Assembly: GCA_046596055.1 (NCBI GenBank)
Contig: JBKJNH010000098.1
Coordinates: 1-42,399, forward strand
Direction: 5' to 3'
DNA length: 42,399 nucleotides
From: Candidatus Eiseniibacteriota bacterium
GTDB lineage: Bacteria > Eisenbacteria > RBG-16-71-46 > DASYSL01
Below the pieces are notes generated by a model, which was not told where the DNA came from, made no database searches, and saw only the letters and a list, made by a program, of their open reading frames with translations. Shown here piece by piece: positions 19,758 through 27,268 of the stretch. Position 1 is the stretch's first letter; each line of letters opens with the position of its first letter. The translations under genes and the position numbers were made by a program.

Positions 19758-20645
19758 ATGACCCCGCCGCCCCTTCGCCTGCTCGCCGTTCTCGCCCACC
19801 CCGACGACGAAACGCTCGGCCTGGGCGGCACGCTCGCGCGCTGCGCGGCCGATGGTGTCGAGACCTACCTCGTGACGGCGACGCACGGGCAGAGCGGACG
19901 GTTCCGCGACCTGCGGCCCGGCGATGCGGGGCACCCCGGCCCCGAGCGCCTCGCCGCGATCCGCGAGGCGGAACTGCGGAGTGCCGCCCGCGTTCTCGGC
20001 GTGCGCGAAGTCCACCTGCTCGGCTATGTCGACGGCAAGCTCGACGACGCCGACCCGCGCGAGGCCATCGCGCGCATCGCCGAGCACGTGCGCCGCATCC
20101 GCCCGCAGGTCGTCGTCACGTTCGCGCAGGACGGCGGATACGGTCACCCGGATCACGTCGCGATCGCGCAGCTCACCGCCGCGGCGCTGATTGCCGCCGC
20201 CGATCCGGCGCATCCGGGCGAGGCGCCGCATGCGGTCGCCAAGTTCTACTTCATGGCGTGGCCGGCCGAGACGTGGGGCGCGTACCAGGAGGCGTTCAAG
20301 AAACTGACTTCCACGGTCGACGGCATCGAGCGCCAGGCGAACCCGTGGCCCGAGTGGCAACTGTCGACGCGCGTGGACACGCGGGCCTGGTGGCCGATCG
20401 TCTGGCAGGCGGTCCTGTGCCACGACTCGCAGGTGGCGAACTACGCCGGACTCGGCGCCCTCTCGCCCGAGCATCACGAGGGGCTGTGGGGCTGGCAGAC
20501 GTTCTATCGCGTGTTCTCGACGGTGAACGGCGGGCGCGCCCGCGAGGACGACCTGTTTGCCGGGCTGCGGCTCGACAGCCCGACTCCTCTCGGGCACACT
20601 CGGGCGGTCGTTCGGGTCCATTCCACCCCTCGAACCAGCGAGTAA
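19758..20645 (+). CDS. PIG-L/LmbE-family N-acetylglucosaminyl deacetylase
   Basis: LAVLAHPDDETLGLGGTLA carries the AHPDDE zinc motif, and later GGYGHPDHV carries the HPDH motif. This is the hallmark pair of MshB/BshB/LmbE-type deacetylases. Confidence 0.8.
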   Translation: MTPPPLRLLAVLAHPDDETLGLGGTLARCAADGVETYLVTATHGQSGRFRDLRPGDAGHPGPERLAAIREAELRSAARVLGVREVHLLGYVDGKLDDADPREAIARIAEHVRRIRPQVVVTFAQDGGYGHPDHVAIAQLTAAALIAAADPAHPGEAPHAVAKFYFMAWPAETWGAYQEAFKKLTSTVDGIERQANPWPEWQLSTRVDTRAWWPIVWQAVLCHDSQVANYAGLGALSPEHHEGLWGWQTFYRVFSTVNGGRAREDDLFAGLRLDSPTPLGHTRAVVRVHSTPRTSE

Positions 20646-20670
20646 AATTACTCAATGCATTGAGTAATTT
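20645..20670. promoter_or_regulatory. Perfect 26-bp AT-rich palindrome (candidate operator, or a weak hairpin) between the PIG-L and decarboxylase genes
   Basis: AAATTACTCAATGCATTGAGTAATTT equals its own reverse complement. It has 6 G+C of 26 in a ~70% GC background. It begins on the last base of the PIG-L stop codon, 100 nt upstream of the decarboxylase ATG. Confidence 0.6.
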
Positions 20671-20770
20671 GGCAACGGTATGGGTGACAAGGTGTTGCAG
20701 CCGGGAGTTTGACCTGCAGCCCACCTCGACAGCCACTGGATCCACCCCTGAACCGGAGAATATCCGCCCC

Positions 20771-22303
20771 ATGTCCGACTTCCCCGCCCGCCGCGACGCG
20801 CCCCTGGCACTGGATTCGACCACGTTTCGCGCGCTCGGCCACCGTCTCGTCGACCTCGTGGCCGATGGCCTCTCCGCCGTCCCCGCCGGCCCGGTGACCC
20901 GCGGTGAAACGCCCCTGGAGATCCGCGCGGCTCTGGGCCTGGGGGGTGCGCTGCCCGAGCAGGGGACCGATCCGGCCGCCCTGCTCGAGACCACGGCGCG
21001 GGACCTGTTCGCCCACTCGCTGTTCAACGGCCATCCGAAGTTCTTCGGCTACATCACCGCGTCGCCCGCCCCGATCGGCATCCTCGGCGACCTGCTCGCC
21101 TCGGCGGTCAACCCGAACGTCGGTGCTTTCTCATTGTCGCCCGCCGCGACCGAGATCGAAATCGAGACCGTGCGCTGGATCGCCGAGCTGATCGGCTACC
21201 CCGGGGACGCCGGTGGGTTGCTGGTCAGCGGCGGCAACATGGCGAACTTCGTCGGCTTCTGGGCGGCGCGCGCAGCGGTCGCTTCGCGCGGCGGCGGTGA
21301 CGTGCGCGTGCGGGGTGTGGCTGCGGCTGCGCCAAGGCTGTGCGTCTACGCCTCGGGCGAGACGCACACGTGGATCCAGAAGGCGACCGACCTGTCGGGC
21401 CTCGGCACCGACGCGATCCGCTGGATCGCGACCGATGCGGAGCAGCGCATGGACCTTGGGGCGCTGCGCGCAGCGATCGCGGCCGATCGCGCCGCGGGAG
21501 CGATGCCGTTCCTCGTCGTCGGCACCGCGGGCTCGGTGAGCACCGGCGCCGTCGACGACCTGCCCGCAATCGCCGCCGTGGCGCGGGCCGAGAACCTGTG
21601 GTTCCACGTCGACGGCGCGTACGGCGGGATGGCCGCGGCCGCACCCGGAGCGACGGCCGAGCTCAGGGGCCTGGCGCTCGCCGACTCCGTGGCGATCGAT
21701 CCGCACAAGTGGCTCTACGCGCCTCTCGAGGCCGGCTGCGCGCTGGTGCGCGACCGCGCGCACCTCGTCGCCGCGTTCTCCTATCACCCCGACTACTACC
21801 ACCTCGAAGCCGGGCTCACGAACTTCGTCGAATACGGCATGCAGAACTCGCGAGGCTTCCGCGCGCTCAAGGTGTGGCTCGCGCTGCGGCAGGCCGGCGC
21901 GGCGGGATACCGGCGCATGATCGGTGACGACATCCGCCTCGCGGGTCTGCTCGCCGACGCGGTGCGCGCGACGCCCGAACTCGAGCGCACCACCGAGGGC
22001 CTGAGCATCATCACGTTCCGCTTCGTGCCTGCGGACCTCGCCTCGCGTGCGTCCGTTTCCGCTGTCGCGGATTATCTGAACACGCTCAACCAGGCGCTGC
22101 TCGATCGCCTGCAGAAGGGGGGCGAGGCGTTCGTCTCGAACGCCGTCCTGCCGGGCGATCGGTACGTGCTCCGCGCCTGCATCGTGAACATCCACACGCA
22201 GCGCGCCGACGTCGAGGCGCTGCCGGAGATCGTCGTGCGCAATGGACGTGCGCTCGACGCCACGCTGCGGCCGGCCGAACTCGCCGCCGGATCGCGCACA
22301 TGA
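20771..22303 (+). CDS. Pyridoxal-phosphate-dependent group II amino-acid decarboxylase (aromatic-L-amino-acid / DABA decarboxylase-like)
   Basis: I start it at ATG 20771 (MSDFPARRD...). Motifs are FFGYITASPAP, GGNMANF, HVDGAYGG and the PLP-lysine motif DPHKWLYAPLEAG. The 20258 start in the track would overlap the PIG-L gene. Confidence 0.85.
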   Translation: MSDFPARRDAPLALDSTTFRALGHRLVDLVADGLSAVPAGPVTRGETPLEIRAALGLGGALPEQGTDPAALLETTARDLFAHSLFNGHPKFFGYITASPAPIGILGDLLASAVNPNVGAFSLSPAATEIEIETVRWIAELIGYPGDAGGLLVSGGNMANFVGFWAARAAVASRGGGDVRVRGVAAAAPRLCVYASGETHTWIQKATDLSGLGTDAIRWIATDAEQRMDLGALRAAIAADRAAGAMPFLVVGTAGSVSTGAVDDLPAIAAVARAENLWFHVDGAYGGMAAAAPGATAELRGLALADSVAIDPHKWLYAPLEAGCALVRDRAHLVAAFSYHPDYYHLEAGLTNFVEYGMQNSRGFRALKVWLALRQAGAAGYRRMIGDDIRLAGLLADAVRATPELERTTEGLSIITFRFVPADLASRASVSAVADYLNTLNQALLDRLQKGGEAFVSNAVLPGDRYVLRACIVNIHTQRADVEALPEIVVRNGRALDATLRPAELAAGSRT

Positions 22304-24591
22304 TCGGTCGCTCGCTTGGTCGCTACCGCGTGATCGGGGAGCTGGGCGAGGGTGGCATGGGCCGCGTATACCTCGCGGAGGACCCGACGCTGTCGCGCCG
22401 CGTCGCGATCAAGGTGCTCCCGCCCGCGTTCGCCGCCGACCCGGAACGGCGCGAGCGCCTGCTGTCCGAGGCGCGCGCGGCGTCCGCGCTCAACCACCCG
22501 AACATCGTCACCGTCCATGACCTTGGCGAGGAGGACGGATCGCTGTACGTGGCGATGGAGTATGTCGACGGGCCGACGCTGCGTGCCTGGTCGGCGTCGG
22601 CGCGGCGCGCTCCGGCCGAGCAGCTCGCCCACGTCCGCCAGGCCGTGCGTGGCCTGGCGGTGGCGCACGCCGCGGGGCTCGTTCACCGCGACATCAAGCC
22701 CGAGAACCTCATGGTGCGCAGCGACGGCATCCTCAAGGTGCTCGACTTCGGGCTCGCCCGCAGCGCGACCCCGCGCGAGACGGCGCAGACCCAGGAGCAC
22801 ACGTTGCCGGGGACGATCCTCGGCACGGCGCCGTACATGTCGCCCGAGCAGGTGCTCGGGAAGGCGGCCGGACCGGCGAGCGACGTCTTCTCGCTCGGCA
22901 CGTTGCTGTACGAGCTCCTGACCGCCCGGCACCCGTTCGCCGCGGAGAACAACGTCGAGACGATGCACCGCATTCTCCACGAGACGCCGGCCCGGCCATC
23001 GACGCTCGTCCCGGGCCTGCCGGTCGAACTCGACTTCGTCCTCGGCAAGGCGCTGGCGAAGGATCCGGATCGCCGCTACGCGAACGCGCGCGAGCTCGAC
23101 CTCGACCTCGAAACCTGCGCGCAGGCGCTCGCGGCCGCGGCCACTCCGACGCCGCGGGGCGCGACGCCCGCCGGCGCGGCGGACGGAACGGGACCGCGCT
23201 CGCTGGCCGTGCTTCCGTTCCGCAACCTGGGCGGCGCCGCCGACCTCGAGTTCCTGGGCGTGGGCCTGGCCGACGCGGTGATCACGCGGCTGTCGACGTC
23301 GCCCGACCTGATCGTACGCGCCACCTCGTCGATCGCGGGCTACGCGAACCGCATGGTCGACCCGCGCGACGCGGCCCGCGAGCTCGACGTCTCCGCCGTG
23401 CTCGACGCGTCGTTCCAGCGCGCCGGGACGCGGTTCCGCGCCACCGCGCGGCTGGTCGAGGCGCCCGCAGGTCGCGCGCTGTGGGCGGGCAAGATCGACC
23501 TCGAGTTCGACGACATCTTCAACGTGCAGGACGAGGTCGCCAACGGCATCGCGGCCGCACTGACCGCGCGGCTCGGGGGCTCGAATCGCGGCGGCTACAC
23601 GCCGCCGCCCGATGTGTACGAGATGTACCTGCGGTCCCAGGAGCCGATTCGCGTCGGCACGCGCGAATCGTTCCGCTCCGCAATCGCCCTGCTCGAGCGC
23701 GTCGTCGCGCGCGAGCCGGGGTACGCCGAAGCGTGGGCGCGGCTCGCCAAGCTGCGGCAGAGCATGGTCGACTCGGGCCTCGAGACCGACCTGCTGTGGT
23801 ACGCAAAGGCCGAGGATGCGGCGAAGCGCGCCCTGACGATCGATCCCGACAACACGTACGCGCACTTCGTGCTCGGATCGCTGCACCTGGTGCGGGGGCG
23901 CAAGCGCGACGCCTACCACCTGTTCGCCGCGTGCCTCGTCGCGCAGCCGAACAACGCGCACGTGCTGCACTACTTCACGTACCTGTTCCGGCTGTGCAAC
24001 CTGGTCGAGCCGGCGCTCGACGCCGGGAGGCGCTCGATCGAATACGACCCGAGCTCGCCGTTCCCCTACTGGATGCGCGCCCGGCTGCTCCTCGAACTCG
24101 GCCGGATCGACGACGGACGCGCCGTGCTCGATCAGGTCCGCTCGCGTCACCCGGGTCATCGGACGACAAACGCCCTCGGGGACACCCTCCTGCGCGTCCA
24201 GGGGCGGTTCGCGGAGTCGGTTGCGAGCCCGCTCCTCGAGGAAGCGGCCGGCACGTACGTGGCCTTCGAGCGGGCGTATGCGCTGCTGCGCCTCGGCCGC
24301 CGCGACGAGGCGCTCCCCCTTCGGGCGTCGCTCGCGGGTGGGGCCGCCGTCGACATGGACTACGCGGCCATGGCCGCCTCGCTCGACGCCTGGCTCGGCG
24401 ACTTCGACGGAGCCTTCCGGAACCTCACCCGCGCCGTCGAGCTGGGCAACGACAGCCTCTACGTATTCGAGCGCGAGGACCTGTTCGGACCGCTGCACGC
24501 CGACCCACGCTGGGAGCCGTTCCTCGCGGGGATGCGGGTGCGCTGCGCCGAGTGGGCGCGCGAGTTCCGCTGGCCGATCGGTGCCGGCTAG
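22300..24591 (+). CDS. Ser/Thr protein kinase (Hanks type) with a TolB-N-like module and TPR repeats
   Basis: ATG 22300 overlaps the decarboxylase stop (ATGA). Kinase motifs are GEGGMGRVYLAED, VAIKVL, HRDIKPENLMV, DFGLARS and APYMSPEQ. These are followed by SLAVLPFRNLGG...FLGVGLADAVITRLS and C-terminal TPR-like helices. Confidence 0.9.
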   Translation: MIGRSLGRYRVIGELGEGGMGRVYLAEDPTLSRRVAIKVLPPAFAADPERRERLLSEARAASALNHPNIVTVHDLGEEDGSLYVAMEYVDGPTLRAWSASARRAPAEQLAHVRQAVRGLAVAHAAGLVHRDIKPENLMVRSDGILKVLDFGLARSATPRETAQTQEHTLPGTILGTAPYMSPEQVLGKAAGPASDVFSLGTLLYELLTARHPFAAENNVETMHRILHETPARPSTLVPGLPVELDFVLGKALAKDPDRRYANARELDLDLETCAQALAAAATPTPRGATPAGAADGTGPRSLAVLPFRNLGGAADLEFLGVGLADAVITRLSTSPDLIVRATSSIAGYANRMVDPRDAARELDVSAVLDASFQRAGTRFRATARLVEAPAGRALWAGKIDLEFDDIFNVQDEVANGIAAALTARLGGSNRGGYTPPPDVYEMYLRSQEPIRVGTRESFRSAIALLERVVAREPGYAEAWARLAKLRQSMVDSGLETDLLWYAKAEDAAKRALTIDPDNTYAHFVLGSLHLVRGRKRDAYHLFAACLVAQPNNAHVLHYFTYLFRLCNLVEPALDAGRRSIEYDPSSPFPYWMRARLLLELGRIDDGRAVLDQVRSRHPGHRTTNALGDTLLRVQGRFAESVASPLLEEAAGTYVAFERAYALLRLGRRDEALPLRASLAGGAAVDMDYAAMAASLDAWLGDFDGAFRNLTRAVELGNDSLYVFEREDLFGPLHADPRWEPFLAGMRVRCAEWAREFRWPIGAG

Positions 24592-24602
24592 GTCGTCGCG
24601 AA

Positions 24603-25733
24603 CTACTCCCCGTACTTCTGCTTCATGTGCGCTCGGACCGTCTTCGACACCGTCTTCCAGCGCGCTTTCTCCGCCTTCTGCGCCCGGGCATCGTGGCGGA
24701 TCTCGAACGCGCGCAGTTCGCGGCGCAGCTTCTTCCAATTGGCGAAGCGCTCGGGAGGCAGCGTGCCGTCGGCGACCGCGGCCTCGACCGCGCAGCCGGG
24801 CTCGCCCTCGTGCCCGCAGTCGCGGAAGCGACAGGTTGCGGCGAATGCATCGACATCGCCGAAGCCGCGCTCGAGCACGGCCTCGCCCTCCTCTCCCCAC
24901 AAGGCGAGGCGGCGCATGCCGGGCGTGTCGACGAGGATCGCGCCGCCCGGCAGCGGAACCAGCTCGCGCCAGGTCGTCGTGTGCCGGCCGCGCTGGTCGC
25001 CGGTGCGCACGTCCCCGGTCTCCAGGCGCTCTTCACCGAGCAGGGGGTTGATGAGCGTCGACTTGCCCACGCCCGAGGAGCCGACGACCGCGATCGTCGA
25101 GCCCGTTTGCAGGTGCGGCACGAGCGCCTCGAGCCCGGTGCCGGCCACGGCAGCGAGCGCGATCACGGGCACGCCCGGCGCTCCGGCCTGCACGAGGCCG
25201 ACGCGTCGATCGAGCTCGGCGTCGTCGATCAGGTCGGCCTTGTTGAGGAGCACGACGGGCCGCGCGCCCGATTCCCACGCCGCGACGACGAAGCGCTCGA
25301 TGCGCCGCGGGTTGAAGTCGCCGTCGAGTCCGGTGACGAGGAACAGCACGTCGACGTTCGCGGCGACGACCTGCTCGATCGTCTCCCTGCCCACGTCGAG
25401 GCGCGTGAACGCGCTGGCGCGGGGCAGGACCGCGTGGACGACCGACGGTCCGTCGGCGGCGGGTTCGAGCGCGACCCAGTCGCCCACCGTCGGCAGGTCG
25501 GCGGGGCCCGTGGCTTCGTGACGCAGGCGCCCGCGCACCACGGCCGGGCGTGGCGGGTCCTGGAGCCCGGTGAGGACGAGGATGCGATCGCGTTCGGCGC
25601 GCGCCACGCGCGCGGGGACGAGCCCACGCTCGGCGTACGGCGCGAACGACGCGGCGTGCGACGGCTTGAATCCGAGGTCGATCAGGGACGATGGGAACTG
25701 CGGGGACTGCGGGTGCGGCATCGGCTGCGACAT
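24603..25733 (-). CDS. rsgA: Ribosome small-subunit-dependent GTPase A
   Basis: It shows the circularly permuted GTPase order: NKADL (G4), GSSGVGKSTLIN (G1), GRHTTT and DTPGMR (G3). The C-terminal zinc finger is CRFRDCGHEGEPGCAV. The start is assigned to ATG 25733 (MSQPMPH...LIDLGFKP...). Confidence 0.85.
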   Translation of the reverse strand: MSQPMPHPQSPQFPSSLIDLGFKPSHAASFAPYAERGLVPARVARAERDRILVLTGLQDPPRPAVVRGRLRHEATGPADLPTVGDWVALEPAADGPSVVHAVLPRASAFTRLDVGRETIEQVVAANVDVLFLVTGLDGDFNPRRIERFVVAAWESGARPVVLLNKADLIDDAELDRRVGLVQAGAPGVPVIALAAVAGTGLEALVPHLQTGSTIAVVGSSGVGKSTLINPLLGEERLETGDVRTGDQRGRHTTTWRELVPLPGGAILVDTPGMRRLALWGEEGEAVLERGFGDVDAFAATCRFRDCGHEGEPGCAVEAAVADGTLPPERFANWKKLRRELRAFEIRHDARAQKAEKARWKTVSKTVRAHMKQKYGE

Positions 25734-25757
25734 GACGGAGAGCGTCCTTTCGACAGG

Positions 25758-25788
25758 AACGAAAACGGCCACCCCGATGGGGCGGCCG
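25758..25788 (-). terminator. Intrinsic terminator closing the Fic transcription unit, 25 nt upstream of the rsgA ATG
   Basis: The minus-strand RNA is CGGCCGCCCC-AUC-GGGGUGGCCG, a 10-bp stem with one G.U, immediately followed by UUUUCGUU. Confidence 0.6.
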
Positions 25789-25967
25789 ACTCTCCGCACG
25801 ACAGATCTTGAGATCGCGGCGTTACGAGCGGTCGCTCCCGGGGAACGAGTGGACGGGGTGTGCGTTGGTCACCGTCATGGCTTGCTCCTTTCCGTGCGCC
25901 GACCCGCACCGAGCGGGTTCGCGATCCCGAAGGACGAGAGAAGGCTACCGGTTGCCGGCGGTGCGCG

Positions 25968-27104
25968 TCAAGCCCCCGGGGGGAGCCTGCCGAAGGGATC
26001 CTCGATCAGCTTCTTGCGCGGCGCACCGCGCAGGGCGATCTCCTTCGTGAGCGGCGAGGCGTTGTAAAAGCGCCCCTTCTTTTCTCCTTCGGCTTCCAGC
26101 AGTCCTTCGTCCACCAGCAGCCGAAGGTCGCGGCTCGCCAGGTTCGTCGTGATCTCGGCGGCCTTCCTGTAGATCGGGTTTCTGACCTTGTTCCCCAGCG
26201 CCGCGTCGACCAGCGCGAGCATCGTGCGTTCCGGAAGCTTTCGCGCAAGGACGACGGTCTCGAGCTCGTCCCAGAGTCGCTTCATTCTCTCCACGCGGTT
26301 GAGGACCGTCGTGGCCTGCCGGAAGTTCGCAAGGAGGCAGAAGTCGATCCATGGCGTCGCGTCGTGCTCCGGGTGCCAGCTCCCTTGCCCGACGTGCGAA
26401 AGGACGTCGTAGTAGGCCCGCGAATTTCTGCCGAGGTACTCCTCGATGCTCGAGAACTCGGGCGCGAGAATCCCATCTCTTCCGAGCACCAGGCTTTGAA
26501 GGCATCGCGCGAGTCGGCCATTCCCGTCCCGGAACGGGTGAATCATCGTGAGATTCAGGTGGGCCATCGCCGCGCGAAGGATGGGATGCGCCGCGGGTTC
26601 CGAGTTGAGAGTCATGGCCAGTTCCGTCATGAGATCCGGGACAAGGCTGGCATCTGGTCCTTCGTAGACGGTCTCGCCCGTTGCAGCGTCCACGACGGAG
26701 ACATGCCCGGGCCGCCAGTGCCCAGGCCCCTTGCTGAGGTCATGGCTCATCAGCATGTAGTGGAGGCTCTTGATCTGATCTGACGAATGCCTGAACTGCG
26801 AGTCCCGCGCAAGCTGGAGGACGTACGTCATCGCCTGGCGATAGCCCATGATCTCGGCCCATGTCGCCTGGTCTGCGTCCAAAGGCTCCTCGCCTTCGAC
26901 GGCGGCAATGGCATCGTCGACGGTGATGTTGTAGCCCTCGATCGTATTGGAGCCGCGGATCGCCCTGGCAAAGACGTTCCGGCGCAAGACGCCCGTCCAG
27001 CGATTGGGCTCGCGGGTGTACACCCCGACCCGCGACCGCAACTGGTCGATTCGCTCGAGCACCTCTCGGCTCTTGGGCCCCAGCTCTGGCGTCAGAAAAA
27101 GCAT
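25968..27104 (-). CDS. Fic-family protein (class II: N-terminal inhibitory helix, canonical Fic motif, C-terminal winged-helix-like tail)
   Basis: The canonical active site is HPFRDGNGRLAR (HxFx[DE]GNGRxxR). The inhibitory motif [ST]xxxE[GN] is present N-terminal of the core as S-N-T-I-E-G (IRGSNTIEGY). AAGGAG lies 5 nt before ATG 27104. GC is ~59-60% in three 60-nt samples, against 78% in one flanking 60-nt sample and ~70% by eye for the window. Confidence 0.9.
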   Translation of the reverse strand: MLFLTPELGPKSREVLERIDQLRSRVGVYTREPNRWTGVLRRNVFARAIRGSNTIEGYNITVDDAIAAVEGEEPLDADQATWAEIMGYRQAMTYVLQLARDSQFRHSSDQIKSLHYMLMSHDLSKGPGHWRPGHVSVVDAATGETVYEGPDASLVPDLMTELAMTLNSEPAAHPILRAAMAHLNLTMIHPFRDGNGRLARCLQSLVLGRDGILAPEFSSIEEYLGRNSRAYYDVLSHVGQGSWHPEHDATPWIDFCLLANFRQATTVLNRVERMKRLWDELETVVLARKLPERTMLALVDAALGNKVRNPIYRKAAEITTNLASRDLRLLVDEGLLEAEGEKKGRFYNASPLTKEIALRGAPRKKLIEDPFGRLPPGA

Positions 27105-27135
27105 TATTGCTCCTTTTCACGGGACTGATGGACAG

Positions 27136-27164
27136 ATAATAACTGATCTAAAGTCGGTTGGCAA
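27136..27164 (-). promoter_or_regulatory. Near-consensus sigma70-type promoter for the Fic gene
   Basis: On the minus strand it reads TTGCCA (27164-27159), a 17-nt spacer, then TATTAT (27141-27136). Each hexamer matches TTGACA/TATAAT at 5 of 6 positions. It predicts a ~25-nt leader to ATG 27104. Confidence 0.5.
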
Positions 27165-27268
27165 TAGACCAACTGCGGAGGCCCAGGGCTCTGAGGGCCC
27201 CGTATGTTCATACGGTATAGTCCTTTATAGAATCACACCGGGCCAGGCACTCTGTCACACTGCTCAAC

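Noticed and set aside
20668-20700. Sigma-54-like TGGCA...TTGCA elements just after the 26-bp palindrome (TTTGGCAACGGTATGGGTGACAAGGTGTTGCAGCC)
   Set aside because: The GG and GC dinucleotides are not at the required spacing. TGGCAA has GG, not GC, 12 nt downstream, and the TTGCA lies 15 nt or more from the nearer GG. No enhancer-binding protein gene is nearby. This is not a convincing -24/-12 promoter.
22072-24900. A 942-aa minus-strand ORF spanning the decarboxylase 3' end, the whole kinase gene and the 3' end of rsgA
   Set aside because: It is antisense to a kinase with all Hanks motifs. Its sequence is low-complexity and R/G/E/A-rich, and it crosses two real gene boundaries. I treat it as a shadow ORF.
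25734-25967. A small Fic antitoxin (VbhA/class I type) or another real gene in the 234-bp Fic-rsgA gap (track ORFs 25682-25909 on the minus strand and 25808-26050 on the plus strand)
   Set aside because: The Fic protein carries its own inhibitory S-x-x-x-E-G motif (class II), so no separate antitoxin is expected, and class I antitoxins are encoded upstream. The two track ORFs are Arg/Ser/Pro-rich and lack start signals. Only the 18-codon Shine-Dalgarno-led ORF is retained as a finding.
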